Assembly: GCA_965226375.1 (NCBI GenBank)
Contig: CBDDCX010000008.1
Coordinates: 128,001 to 192,000 of the forward strand
From: Longimicrobiales bacterium
GTDB taxonomy: Bacteria > Gemmatimonadota > Gemmatimonadetes > Longimicrobiales > Gaopeijiaceae
DNA: 64,000 bases
Reading direction: 5' to 3'
The notes below the pieces were generated by a model. It was not told where the DNA came from. It worked only from the letters and a program-made list of their open reading frames with translations, and did no database searches. This document shows positions 19,658-28,572 of the stretch, piece by piece; positions within the stretch are counted from its first letter, which is position 1, and the number at the start of each line of letters is the position of its first letter. The translations under genes and the position numbers were made by a program.

Positions 19658-19912
19658 TCACGAAGCCACTGAGCGCTCGGCCTCGGCGAGAAGCCGACTC
19701 GCGGGGACTCCGAGAGCACCGGAGAGTTGCGCCAGGGACTTCAGCGTAAGGTTCCGGACGCCCCTCTCCACGCCGCTGATGTATGTGCGATCAAGCCCAG
19801 CTCGGTAACCCAGAGCTTCCTGGGATAGGCCGAGGCTGGACCGCTGTGTACGGATCGCCGCACCCACGGCCCTCAGCCACAGATCTGCCTGATTACTCGG
19901 AGGTCTCGCCAC
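19658..19912 (-). CDS. XRE-family HTH, restriction-modification controller (C) protein-like
   Basis: LSQEALG..AGLDRTYISGVERGVRNLTLKSL closely resembles the C.Esp1396I-type recognition helix. Confidence 0.85.
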   Translation of the reverse strand: MARPPSNQADLWLRAVGAAIRTQRSSLGLSQEALGYRAGLDRTYISGVERGVRNLTLKSLAQLSGALGVPASRLLAEAERSVAS

Positions 19913-19930
19913 ACGGGCAAGAGCCGCACC

Positions 19931-19964
19931 TGTAGACCATGTGTCTACGGACTATACGTCACAT
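19931..19964 (-). promoter_or_regulatory. C-box operator (two palindromic half-operators)
   Basis: Minus strand reads ATGTGACGTATAGTCCGTAGACACATGGTCTACA, ending 18 nt before the C gene start; GAC-N5/6-GTC dyads with a central CGT. Confidence 0.8.
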
Positions 19965-20276
19965 ATCTGGGAATAGCGATCCCGCCTGGGCTGTCTAGCG
20001 GCCTGGTACCAGCCAGCATCAGCCTCTCTTGGGTGGGCAGGCGCAGGTGATGGTGGCGAAGGGGGATGCAGGAGCGAGGTGGACCAGTGCGGCAGCTGGC
20101 TGGTCAGCTTGGTCCCTCAGGTGCTTATACATTCAGCACAAGCGTAAAGCGGGGTGTAGGTGCCACGGGAAGACCTTGGGATCCGTGTAGACGACGGGCA
20201 TTGGACATACCCCCCGCTTGGCGGTGAAGTTGAGCGAGCGGTCGGCAGAGCCTCTCGGCACGCGGAGAATTCGACC

Positions 20277-23135
20277 TTGACCCCAAACGAGTTCATTGCG
20301 AAGTGGCACGCCTCGGAGTTGAAGGAGCGCTCTGCGGCGCAGGAGCACTTCATCGACCTGTGCCGGCTGCTCGGCGAACCCACGCCAGCCGAGGCCGACC
20401 CGAGGGGCGACCACTACTGCTTCGAGCGCGGAGCGCACAAGGACACCGGCGGGGAGGGCTGGGCGGACGTGTGGAAGCGGCACTGCTTCGCCTGGGAGTA
20501 CAAGGGGAAGCACGCCGACCTAGATGCCGCGTTCAACCAGCTGAGGCAGTACGCCCTGGCCCTGGAGAACCCGCCTCTGCTGATCGTCTCGGACATGCGC
20601 CGGTTCCGGATCCGGACGAACTGGACGAACTCCGTGAGCAAGACGCACGAGTTCGGACTGGACGATCTCGTGGACGCGGCCGTTAGGGACAAGCTCAAGT
20701 GGGCGATGTCGGACCCGGAGCGACTGAGGCCGGGCGAGACGCGGCAGACGCTGACGGAACGGGCCGCCAAGACCTTCGCGGAGCTTGCGCAGTCGCTCCG
20801 GGACCGTGGCCATGCGCCGGAGGAGGTCGCCCACTTCGTCAACCGGCTCGTGTTCTGCATGTTCGCCGAGGACGTGGGATTGCTTCCCGACGACATGTTC
20901 ACCCGCATGCTGACGCAGGCGCGCCGACAACCGGAGAAGTTCGAGGACGGGGCGCGGAAGCTGTTCGGAGCGATGTCCACGGGCGGTCAGGTGGGCTTCG
21001 AGGGCGTGGAGTGGTTCAACGGCGGGCTGTTCGAGGATGACGCGACGCTCCCCATGGACAAGGACCAGATCGAGACGACCCTGAAGGCGTCCGCACTCGA
21101 CTGGTCGAGCATCGATCCCTCGATACTCGGCACGCTGTTCGAGCGGGGCCTGGACCCGGACAAGCGCTCGCAACTCGGGGCGCACTACACGGACCGGGAC
21201 AAGATCATGCGGATCATCGATCCGGTGATCGTTCGCCCGCTCCTCGCCGAGTGGAAGACCGCCAAGGCACGGATCGCCGACAGCGTGGAACGCGCCGGAT
21301 CCGCCAAGTCGCAGGCCGCGGCGACGCAGCACCGCGGCCGGGCAAAGAACGCGCTCGGGGCGGTTCTCGAACGGCTGCGGACCTTCACCGTCCTCGACCC
21401 CGCCTGCGGCTCGGGAAACTTCCTGTATCTGGCGCTCCACGCCCTCCACGACTTGGAGCACCGGGTGCAGCTGGAGGCCGAGGCCATGGGGCTTGAACGC
21501 GCCTTTCCCAACGTCGGTCCCGCCAACGTGAAGGGAATCGAGGTGAACGCCTACGCGGCTGAACTGGCGCGCGTGTCGGTGTGGATCGGGGAGATCCAGT
21601 GGATGCGCCGCAACGGGTTCCCGGGCTCGCGGCAGCCGATCCTCGATCCCTTGGAGACGATCGAATGCCGCGATGCGATCCTGACCCCGGATGGTGCCGA
21701 GCCAGAATGGCCGACGGCGGATGTCGTGATTGGTAACCCGCCGTTTCTGGGTGCCAGACTTCAAGTCTGGACACTCAACGAAGACTACGTGTCTCGACTT
21801 CGCAGAGCCTACAGCGGACGCGTGCCAGGCGGGGCGGATCTAGTTTGCTACTGGTTCGTCAAGGCCGGAGAACATGTGGGCCGTGGAGCCTCGACCCGTG
21901 TTGGTCTGGTCGCGACCAACTCGATCCGGGGCGGAGCGAACCGCCGGGCGCTGGAGACGGCGACGGAGGGCAGGCCGATCTTCGACGCTTGGAGCGACGA
22001 GCCATGGGTGATCGACGGCGCGGCCGTTCGCGTCTCGCTCGTGTGCTTCGCGAAAGCGGACGACGCACTCGCGCCGGAGCGTCGGCTCGACGGTGGGACC
22101 GTGGATGAGATCTACATGGACCTGACGGCGGCCAGGCGAGGGCAGGCCGGTGTTGACCTGACGAAGGCCCGGCGCCTCGCCCGGAACGCGGGTGTGGCCT
22201 TCATGGGCCACGCGAAGGGCGGCCCCTTCGACATTTCGGGCGATCTGGCGCGCGAATGGCTCCGCCTGCCCGCCAACCCGAACGGCCGGACCAATGCCGA
22301 TGTCCTGAAGCCGTGGATGAACGGCATGGACCTAACCAAGCGGCCGGCAGGGAAATGGATCGTCGACTTCGGATGGACTATGTCGGAAAGCGACGCGGCG
22401 CTGTACGAAGAGCCGTTCCGGTGGGTTCAGGATCGCGTCTATCCGATGCGTCAACGGAACCCACGCGAAGCGCGCCGCAAGTACTGGTACCGCCACATGG
22501 ATCCACCACAAAGCATGTGGCGGGCGCTCGACGGCCTGTCCCGCTACGTCGCGACGGCACGGGTTGCCAAGCACCGGCTGTTCGCCTGGTGCGACACGCG
22601 CATCTGTCCGGATCAGCAACTGATCGTCATCGCCCGCGAGGACGACACCACGTTCGGGATCCTCCACAGCCGCTTCCACGAGGTCTGGTCGCTCCGCAAA
22701 GGGACCAGCCTGGAGGACCGTCCGCGCTACACCCCCACCACCACCTTTGAAACCTTCCCCTTCCCGGAGGGACTCTCACCCGACGTGGCCGCCGGCGACT
22801 ACCTCACGGATCCACGCGCCCAGGCCATCGCTTCGGCGGCCCGGCGGCTCGTCGAAATCCGCGACCGCTGGCTCAACCCGCCCGAGTGGGTGGAATGGGT
22901 CGAGGAGCCCGTCCCCGGCTATCCTCCACGCCCGGTACCGCGTGACGAGAAGGCTGCGACAGCGATCAAGAAGCGGACCCTGACCAACCTCTACAACGCC
23001 CGGCCACAATGGCTCGTCGACGCGCACGCCCAGCTCGACGACGCCGTGGCCGCGGCGTACGGCTGGCCCAGCGAGATCACGGATGACACGGCGCTACGTA
23101 AGCTACTCGCCCGAAACCGCTCGGACGGTCCCTGA
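20277..23135 (+). CDS. MmeI-like type IIL/IIG fused restriction endonuclease-methyltransferase
   Basis: N-terminal ADVW...WEYK (PD-ExK-like), LFERGLD, GAHYT, DPACGSGNF, GNPPF, C-terminal TRD with RYT..TFETFPFP and LD.AV.AAYGW; start at TTG 20277. Confidence 0.9.
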   Translation: MTPNEFIAKWHASELKERSAAQEHFIDLCRLLGEPTPAEADPRGDHYCFERGAHKDTGGEGWADVWKRHCFAWEYKGKHADLDAAFNQLRQYALALENPPLLIVSDMRRFRIRTNWTNSVSKTHEFGLDDLVDAAVRDKLKWAMSDPERLRPGETRQTLTERAAKTFAELAQSLRDRGHAPEEVAHFVNRLVFCMFAEDVGLLPDDMFTRMLTQARRQPEKFEDGARKLFGAMSTGGQVGFEGVEWFNGGLFEDDATLPMDKDQIETTLKASALDWSSIDPSILGTLFERGLDPDKRSQLGAHYTDRDKIMRIIDPVIVRPLLAEWKTAKARIADSVERAGSAKSQAAATQHRGRAKNALGAVLERLRTFTVLDPACGSGNFLYLALHALHDLEHRVQLEAEAMGLERAFPNVGPANVKGIEVNAYAAELARVSVWIGEIQWMRRNGFPGSRQPILDPLETIECRDAILTPDGAEPEWPTADVVIGNPPFLGARLQVWTLNEDYVSRLRRAYSGRVPGGADLVCYWFVKAGEHVGRGASTRVGLVATNSIRGGANRRALETATEGRPIFDAWSDEPWVIDGAAVRVSLVCFAKADDALAPERRLDGGTVDEIYMDLTAARRGQAGVDLTKARRLARNAGVAFMGHAKGGPFDISGDLAREWLRLPANPNGRTNADVLKPWMNGMDLTKRPAGKWIVDFGWTMSESDAALYEEPFRWVQDRVYPMRQRNPREARRKYWYRHMDPPQSMWRALDGLSRYVATARVAKHRLFAWCDTRICPDQQLIVIAREDDTTFGILHSRFHEVWSLRKGTSLEDRPRYTPTTTFETFPFPEGLSPDVAAGDYLTDPRAQAIASAARRLVEIRDRWLNPPEWVEWVEEPVPGYPPRPVPRDEKAATAIKKRTLTNLYNARPQWLVDAHAQLDDAVAAAYGWPSEITDDTALRKLLARNRSDGP

Positions 23136-23458
23136 CGGCAGGCACATCATCTCGGATACCCACAAGTGCCGAATCACCCCGAGGGCAGCGCTCGAAATCA
23201 CCGAGGTCCAAGATACGGTCGAAAGCTCGTGCGCCCTGGATGACTCGCAGGATGACGATGGGTGAACTCTGCCAGGCGAAGGAGCACGATCCAGTCGAAT
23301 GCCCGCCACCACGGACTTCAATGAGGCCGGCGGCAAAGGACAGATAGTGTGTCCGGAGGACGACGGGTCGGTATCGTTAGAGCTTGAGCGGTTCGCAGAG
23401 ATGTACGACGGGCCACTCGACTACTTCTTTCCAGACAGATCCCCTGACTAGGTAGACC

Positions 23459-23530
23459 TGGTAGATACTGGTAGTCGGGGCATTACCAGGTCAGAACCCC
23501 CGTCCGGTGCGGCTTCTGGGCCGCCTGGTA
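23459..23530. repeat. Element-end motif, copy C (inverted relative to A and B)
   Basis: TGGTAG x2 with 10-bp period (23459, 23469), then TACCAGG(23484)-N33-CCTGGTA(23524); offsets identical to copies A and B. Confidence 0.7.
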
Positions 23531-24236
23531 GTCGTCTGGGGGAAGAGAGGGGGAGGCCAGAGTCCGGCCCGGCGTTGGCCTCCCCGCATTTGGAGTAAAC
23601 TCAGTGCTCCCTAAATGGGCACCGAGTATCCCGTGGGACGGGGACGCAGAGGAGGCGTGCTCGTGGAGAATCGGACGAGCCGCCGCACTCCGACTGCCGA
23701 CCTGGAACCATGAGAAGGGGCTTCAGACCACCGAAACCCCAAAATCGGGGCTCTCCCCCCAACATTTCTCCCATCATATATCCTGCGAGCCGCGTCATGA
23801 CGGGCTCTGCGCCGCGTGGAGAATGCGGCGTGTCACATCCAGGAGCAGCCAGGCCTTCCTGGGAGCCCCAACCGCAAGTACCCATCGTGACGGAGCGAGC
23901 CAAGGATGCTCACAACGCGGTTCAGCTCTTGGGTGATGACGGAGACGACATGTATAACGTCGAGCCACACATGCTCGATACGGGTACGGACTTCGCTCTT
24001 CTCCAGCAGGCCACTGAGCTTCCGAGGGGAGGACCGGAAACCCTGGGGATCTCTGGCATATCAACCTGAGGCCGAGCAAGTCCGCTCATCTTGCACCTTT
24101 TTCGCCTGAGTTCCTACTACGCGCCGTGACCCTGGCGTGTCCGGCGGAGGTCCGGCCGATTTGGGCTAAGCGGCTACACGCTCAACCTGGCGGGAGATTT
24201 GGCGAAGGAAGAAACGAAGCTGGCGGAGTTTCTTGA

Positions 24237-24610
24237 GACGAGTTCTACAGCCACTTCCTCGAGGACCGCGGATCATCCTGGGCCGAGCTCGTTGACGACG
24301 TCGAAGCGCTGAGCACGCTGGGGCTCCTGTGGATCACGACTACCACTCCATCTCCGAGCCGAAATCGGCGTTCTCGGACTTGGAGCACCGCGGGCTGCTC
24401 AGCCAGCGCGTGGGAGACCCGATCGAGCCCGGGAGCGAAGAAGAGCCCTACGTGCCCGACGTGGGTACCCGGGCGCGCGCCCGAGCGAGGTTCATCCGGG
24501 AGCATTCGAACCGATCCGATCTGATCATGACCTGGGATCGGGTATTTGAGCGCAGCAGTCAGCGCGTGAGGACGCTGTTCGATCCGTTTGCGAAAGCGTA
24601 TGCGGGGTAG
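24237..24610 (+). pseudogene. C-terminal fragment of a Pup ligase/deamidase (PafA/Dop)-like protein
   Basis: DHDYHSI...F..LEHRGL...TRARARARFIR...TWDRV...RTLFDPF follows the PafA C-terminal motif order; frameshift near 24328; N-terminal catalytic part absent. Confidence 0.45.
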
Positions 24611-25173
24611 GAGTGGTAGGAGGGGTGCGAAGGGCAAGAAGCGTAGGAAGAGTGAAAAGAGTGGGAAGAGTGGCGAAGGTAGGAAGGGTGGCAAGGGTAG
24701 AAAGTCCGACCCGGTCGCGCGTCTCAAGGCGGGCCTGGTCACACGCTATGAACGTTCCAGTGTTGACGACCTCGTCCGCTGCCCGTTCTGCAAGGCTGAG
24801 ATCTCGTCCACCGCCCGGAAGTGCCGCTATTGTAGTGAGTGGGTAGCAGGGCGGTGCCGGCAGTGCGGTGCGGGGATCAGGGGTAGATGGGCGGCTCACT
24901 CACTCTGCGCGAACTGTGAACAAGCCGTTCCTCCTGCGAACCCCCCGCAGGTATTCCAGCACATTACCGCAACGGGGGGCCTGAGGTCGTGCGCTCGGTG
25001 CGGTATCCAGACCATGCACTTCCAACAAAAGCCGAATCCACATCCTCCACCTGCTGCTCACGGTCTTCACCGTCGGCATCTGGCTTCCCGTATGGGCGCT
25101 CGTCGGTTTCTTGCGAGAGAAGCCACAGTGTGGTGTGTGCGGTAGGAAACCCGGCTTGTTCGGATCCCGGTAG
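24600..25173 (+). pseudogene. Multi zinc-ribbon membrane protein with a +1 frameshift (or sequencing error)
   Basis: CPFC, CRYC, CRQC, CANC, CARC; removing one C at 25038-25039 gives KPNHILHLLLTVFTVGIWLPVW...CGVC, stop at 25173; start uncertain. Confidence 0.6.
24606..24704 (+). repeat. Degenerate purine-rich 9-bp tandem repeat (11 units)
   Basis: ggtaggagt ggtaggagg ggtgcgaag ggcaagaag cgtaggaag agtgaaaag agtgggaag agtggcgaa ggtaggaag ggtggcaag ggtagaaag. Confidence 0.85.
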
Positions 25174-25210
25174 CGGTCGGAGACAGGCGGCGAGACGCGC
25201 CCGCGTCCCC

Positions 25211-26884
25211 CTAGCGCATTCCGGGAGGGGCGACCCGGCGCATCGTCGCCTGCTCGAACGCGTAAGCAAGCTCGATCAGCCGCGGCTCGCTGCACTCCAT
25301 CCCTGCGAAGCTCACGCCGAAGGGGCGGGGCTTGGCGTCGAACCCCTCCGGCATCGGTGGGCCGCCCGCGTCCTCGAGGAATCCGAACGGCACGATCACC
25401 GTCGGATAGCCGGGCCGGGCGGAGATGCTGGCGCCGCTCGACCCCGGGAAGAGGAGCGCGTCCAACTCGAGGCCGATCATCACCTCGTCGATCCCGTGCT
25501 CGCCGTTCAGGTACAGGTCGCGCGCGCGATCGGCCTCGTATTCGGCACGGTCTTCGTCCAGGTCGATCTCGTCGGACCCATCGAGTCGGGCCTGAGCATA
25601 CTTGAGGGAGCCGGCTCCCTCGTGAGCCAGGTTCCACTCGCGCAGCTCGGTGAGCGTCCCGACGGGCGCGGACTCGCCCAGCGTCGCGAGCCACGCGTTG
25701 AAGTCCCGCTTCATCCCGTAGTTGAGCACGCTGCTGCCCCCGCTCGCGAGCAGGTTGTTCGCGGGATCCGGGTCGATCACGCTGGGGATGTCCGCCGGAT
25801 CGACGATCGTCGCCCCTTGCGCCATGAGGATCTCGATCGCCTCGGCCATCACCACCCTTCCCTCGTCCGACAGCCTGTTCTGGAACCGGTCGGTTCCGGG
25901 GACCCGAACCGAGTCGTAATACGAGGCCCGAGGGATGCCGATGCGGGCTCCCTGCAGTCCGTCGGCCCGGAGAAACGCCGTGTAGTCTCCGTTCAGCGGA
26001 GGCTCGCAGCGCAACGTTGCGGCGTCGTTCGGATCCGGCTCCGTGCCCTCGAGTGCCCCGAGGAAGATCGCCGCGTCGGTGACGGTCCGCGCCATGGGGC
26101 CGGCGATGTCCTGATCGGCTGTGATCGGGATCACGCCATAGCGGCTCACACGCCCGACCGTGGGCTTGACCCCCGCCAGCATATTCGCGTTCGCCGGCGA
26201 CAGGATCGAGCCCGAGGTCTCGGTGCCCACGTTCACGGCCCAGAAGCTCATCGCGGTGCCGATGCCGGAGCTCGAGCCGCCGGTCCCCATCACGGGGCGA
26301 CCGTCGTTTCGGCCCTCCCGCGGATCACGGCGGGGGTCGTATGGGTTCAGGCCGAAGCCCCCGACCGCGCTGTAGTTCCCAGGCATGCCCGCGGCGGTGA
26401 AGTTCGCGAGCTCGGTCATCACCGTCTTCGCGAGAATTATGGCGCCGGCCTCGCGGAGGTTCGTGGTCAGCGTGGCCTCGTACGGGGGGACGAATCCCTC
26501 GAAGGCCAGGGCACCCCCGGTGGTCGGCATGTGGGTAGTGTGCACGTTGTCCTTGAGGGCGACCGGGACGCCGTGGAGCGGACCGCGCACGCGACCCTCG
26601 GCGCGCTCCTGGTCGAGTCGGTCCGCTTCCGTGAGCGCGTTGGCGTTGATCGCGATCGCCGCGTTCACGCGCTCCTCATAGAGGGCGATGCGCAGGAGGT
26701 GGGCCTCCACCAATGCCCGCGAAGTAAGGCGCCCTTCCTCCATCGCGCGCTGCATCTCGGGGATGGTCGCCTCGACGACGACGAAGCGCTCCTCGCCCGT
26801 GTCGGGCGACGTGCAGGACGAAAGCAACGCTCCCAGCAAACCGGCGACGAGCACAAGGCCGGGACGATTCTTGAACATGGTCAT
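25211..26884 (-). CDS. Amidase-signature family protein (putative lipoprotein)
   Basis: GPLHGVPVALKDN, GGSSSG, GTETSGSI; lipobox-like LSSC. Confidence 0.92.
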   Translation of the reverse strand: MTMFKNRPGLVLVAGLLGALLSSCTSPDTGEERFVVVEATIPEMQRAMEEGRLTSRALVEAHLLRIALYEERVNAAIAINANALTEADRLDQERAEGRVRGPLHGVPVALKDNVHTTHMPTTGGALAFEGFVPPYEATLTTNLREAGAIILAKTVMTELANFTAAGMPGNYSAVGGFGLNPYDPRRDPREGRNDGRPVMGTGGSSSGIGTAMSFWAVNVGTETSGSILSPANANMLAGVKPTVGRVSRYGVIPITADQDIAGPMARTVTDAAIFLGALEGTEPDPNDAATLRCEPPLNGDYTAFLRADGLQGARIGIPRASYYDSVRVPGTDRFQNRLSDEGRVVMAEAIEILMAQGATIVDPADIPSVIDPDPANNLLASGGSSVLNYGMKRDFNAWLATLGESAPVGTLTELREWNLAHEGAGSLKYAQARLDGSDEIDLDEDRAEYEADRARDLYLNGEHGIDEVMIGLELDALLFPGSSGASISARPGYPTVIVPFGFLEDAGGPPMPEGFDAKPRPFGVSFAGMECSEPRLIELAYAFEQATMRRVAPPGMR

Positions 26885-26944
26885 GGGCTAGCTCCCTCGG
26901 AACCGGACACCAGATGAGCCTTTTCGAGGCCGCCCTGGACGCCC

Positions 26945-27889
26945 TCAGTGCGCCCCGGTCAGCTCCTCACTCAGCCTGCGAAGCTTGGCGCGAGCCTCCT
27001 CGTCGTACGCCTGGGCGTTCGCACGCGCGGGCCGCAGGCGATTGAAGTAGCCGCCACTGCCGATATCGGGTGAGGTGATCAGCTGCATCACCGCGTCCGC
27101 CCCTTCGCCGACAGTGGCCCTCGGCGTGAGCCCCGCCCTCCTCACCATCCCCGTGTCCATGTAGGTAGCCGGATGCAGCGCGTTCACGACCACGTCCGTT
27201 CCCGCCAGCTCTTCGGCGAGGTCGATCGTGAACATGACTTGAGCGAGCTTGCTCTGGGCGTACGCGCGACCACCGCTGAAATTGTTCTCGATCATCACGT
27301 CGTCGAAGTCGATCGGCTGCTGAGCACCCGACGACACGTTGACAATGCGTGAGGGGGCGTTCGCGCGGAGTCGAGGCAAGAACATCCGGGTGAGGAGGAA
27401 GTGCGAGAGGTGGTTCACCTGGAAGCGCAGCTCGAGCCCATCCTCCGAGATCATCCGCTCATCGGGAGCCCTGCCGAAGCCGGCGTTGTTGACGAGCACA
27501 TCGAGTCGGTCATAGTCGCGCAGGATCGTCTCACCGAACTCCCGGACCTGGTCGAACGATGAGAGGTCCGCGGCGTAGAAGCGCGCGTTCCCAACCCCCT
27601 CGCTCTCGATCGCCTCGACGACCTCCATCCCTCGGTCACGGTTCCGGCCGTGGACGATGACGAAGGCACCCATCGACCCGAGCCTGCGCGCGACCTCGCG
27701 CCCCAGTCCGCTCGTCGAGCCCGTGACGAGCACAACCTGCTGCCCAGGTCGGGGGCTCGGCGCCTGCGCGTCGACGGTCGGTGCGCTCACGGCCAACGCG
27801 CATGACAGACCGGCCGAGAGCATGGCGAAGCGTAGCGTACGCGGTGAGGGTGATGTCCTCTCGTATGTAACGCTCTTGCTCAGGTCCAT
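26945..27889 (-). CDS. Short-chain dehydrogenase/reductase with signal-like N-terminus
   Basis: TGSTSGLG, NNAG, VSS, YAQSK. Confidence 0.92.
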   Translation of the reverse strand: MDLSKSVTYERTSPSPRTLRFAMLSAGLSCALAVSAPTVDAQAPSPRPGQQVVLVTGSTSGLGREVARRLGSMGAFVIVHGRNRDRGMEVVEAIESEGVGNARFYAADLSSFDQVREFGETILRDYDRLDVLVNNAGFGRAPDERMISEDGLELRFQVNHLSHFLLTRMFLPRLRANAPSRIVNVSSGAQQPIDFDDVMIENNFSGGRAYAQSKLAQVMFTIDLAEELAGTDVVVNALHPATYMDTGMVRRAGLTPRATVGEGADAVMQLITSPDIGSGGYFNRLRPARANAQAYDEEARAKLRRLSEELTGAH

Positions 27890-28049
27890 GTGCCTACTGC
27901 TCCTTCCTCTCGGTCTCTGCCTCGTTTCTCGGTCCTGAATAGCGGTGCCGCGCTCCCAGAAATCAAGCTCGACAGGACGCCCATCGGGGGCTTGAGCTAC
28001 GCTTCCAGCGCCCCCGCGCGGCCATCCTCCAGGGGTCGCTCCCGGTCCA

Positions 28050-28196
28050 TCAGTCCCTCGCGGGAAGGCCCTCTGCCTGCGCCGCGTCGGGTGTGCTGAG
28101 GTACAGATAGCGCTTCGTCTCGGATTGATCCTGCGCGTGCAGAGCCGCCGCGAACGCCGGAAAAAGGAAGACTGTCAGGAGAAAGAGTTTCCGCAT
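28050..28196 (-). pseudogene. Truncated 5' end of a secreted-protein gene
   Basis: AGGAGG RBS and signal peptide MRKLFLLTVFLFPAFAAALHAQ, followed by only ~26 residues. Confidence 0.5.
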
Positions 28197-28305
28197 GAGA
28201 TGGCCTCCTGGTGAAGCGTTTGAGAACTCACCATGGACGCTGACGAGCGGGCTGGCAAGCATCAGCCGGTGCAAGGGATAGCGCGAGAGGCTTTTTCAAG
28301 AGATC

Positions 28306-28572
28306 ATGAGGTCCATCTATCCGAACTCGTATATCCTGCACCCACAGCCCAGGCGAACCGATGCCCACTACGATGGCCAGCCGGTGGACCCGACCAACTG
28401 GACCCATCCCCCTTTCGAACCGACGTTCTATACGGCGGCGATGGAGGCCGGAGGGGAGCCGCGGATGTTTCCCGAGGAAGGGGAGGCGGTCCGGTGTCCC
28501 GTTAAGGAGCTCCACATGAATCGCCCCCTCGCCATGTCTGACGGCGTCACCCTACCGGCTGGTTCGACCTGA
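28306..28572 (+). pseudogene. Internal fragment of an M20/ArgE-like peptidase
   Basis: AHYDGQPVDPTNWTHPPFEPT motif; the rest of the enzyme is absent. Confidence 0.5.

Larger units (their letters stand above)
12790..23530. mobile_element. Satellite-like integrative element (int-xis-primase/helicase with defence cargo)
   Basis: Gene content, plus inverted copies of a conserved end motif at 12800/13486 and 23459-23530; no capsid, terminase or conjugation genes recognised. Confidence 0.7.

Noticed and set aside
13706..23135. Prophage
   Set aside because: No capsid, terminase, tail or lysis genes recognised
23136..24236. Several short ORFs right of the RM gene
   Set aside because: No motifs or clear RBS; cannot be supported as genes. 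The hairpin at 23550-23585 lacks a U-tract
24989..26917. 642-aa + strand ORF and other long antisense ORFs (e.g. 4280..5509, 20520..21764, 34213..35532, 41462..42589)
   Set aside because: Shadow frames opposite well-supported genes, expected in high-GC DNA
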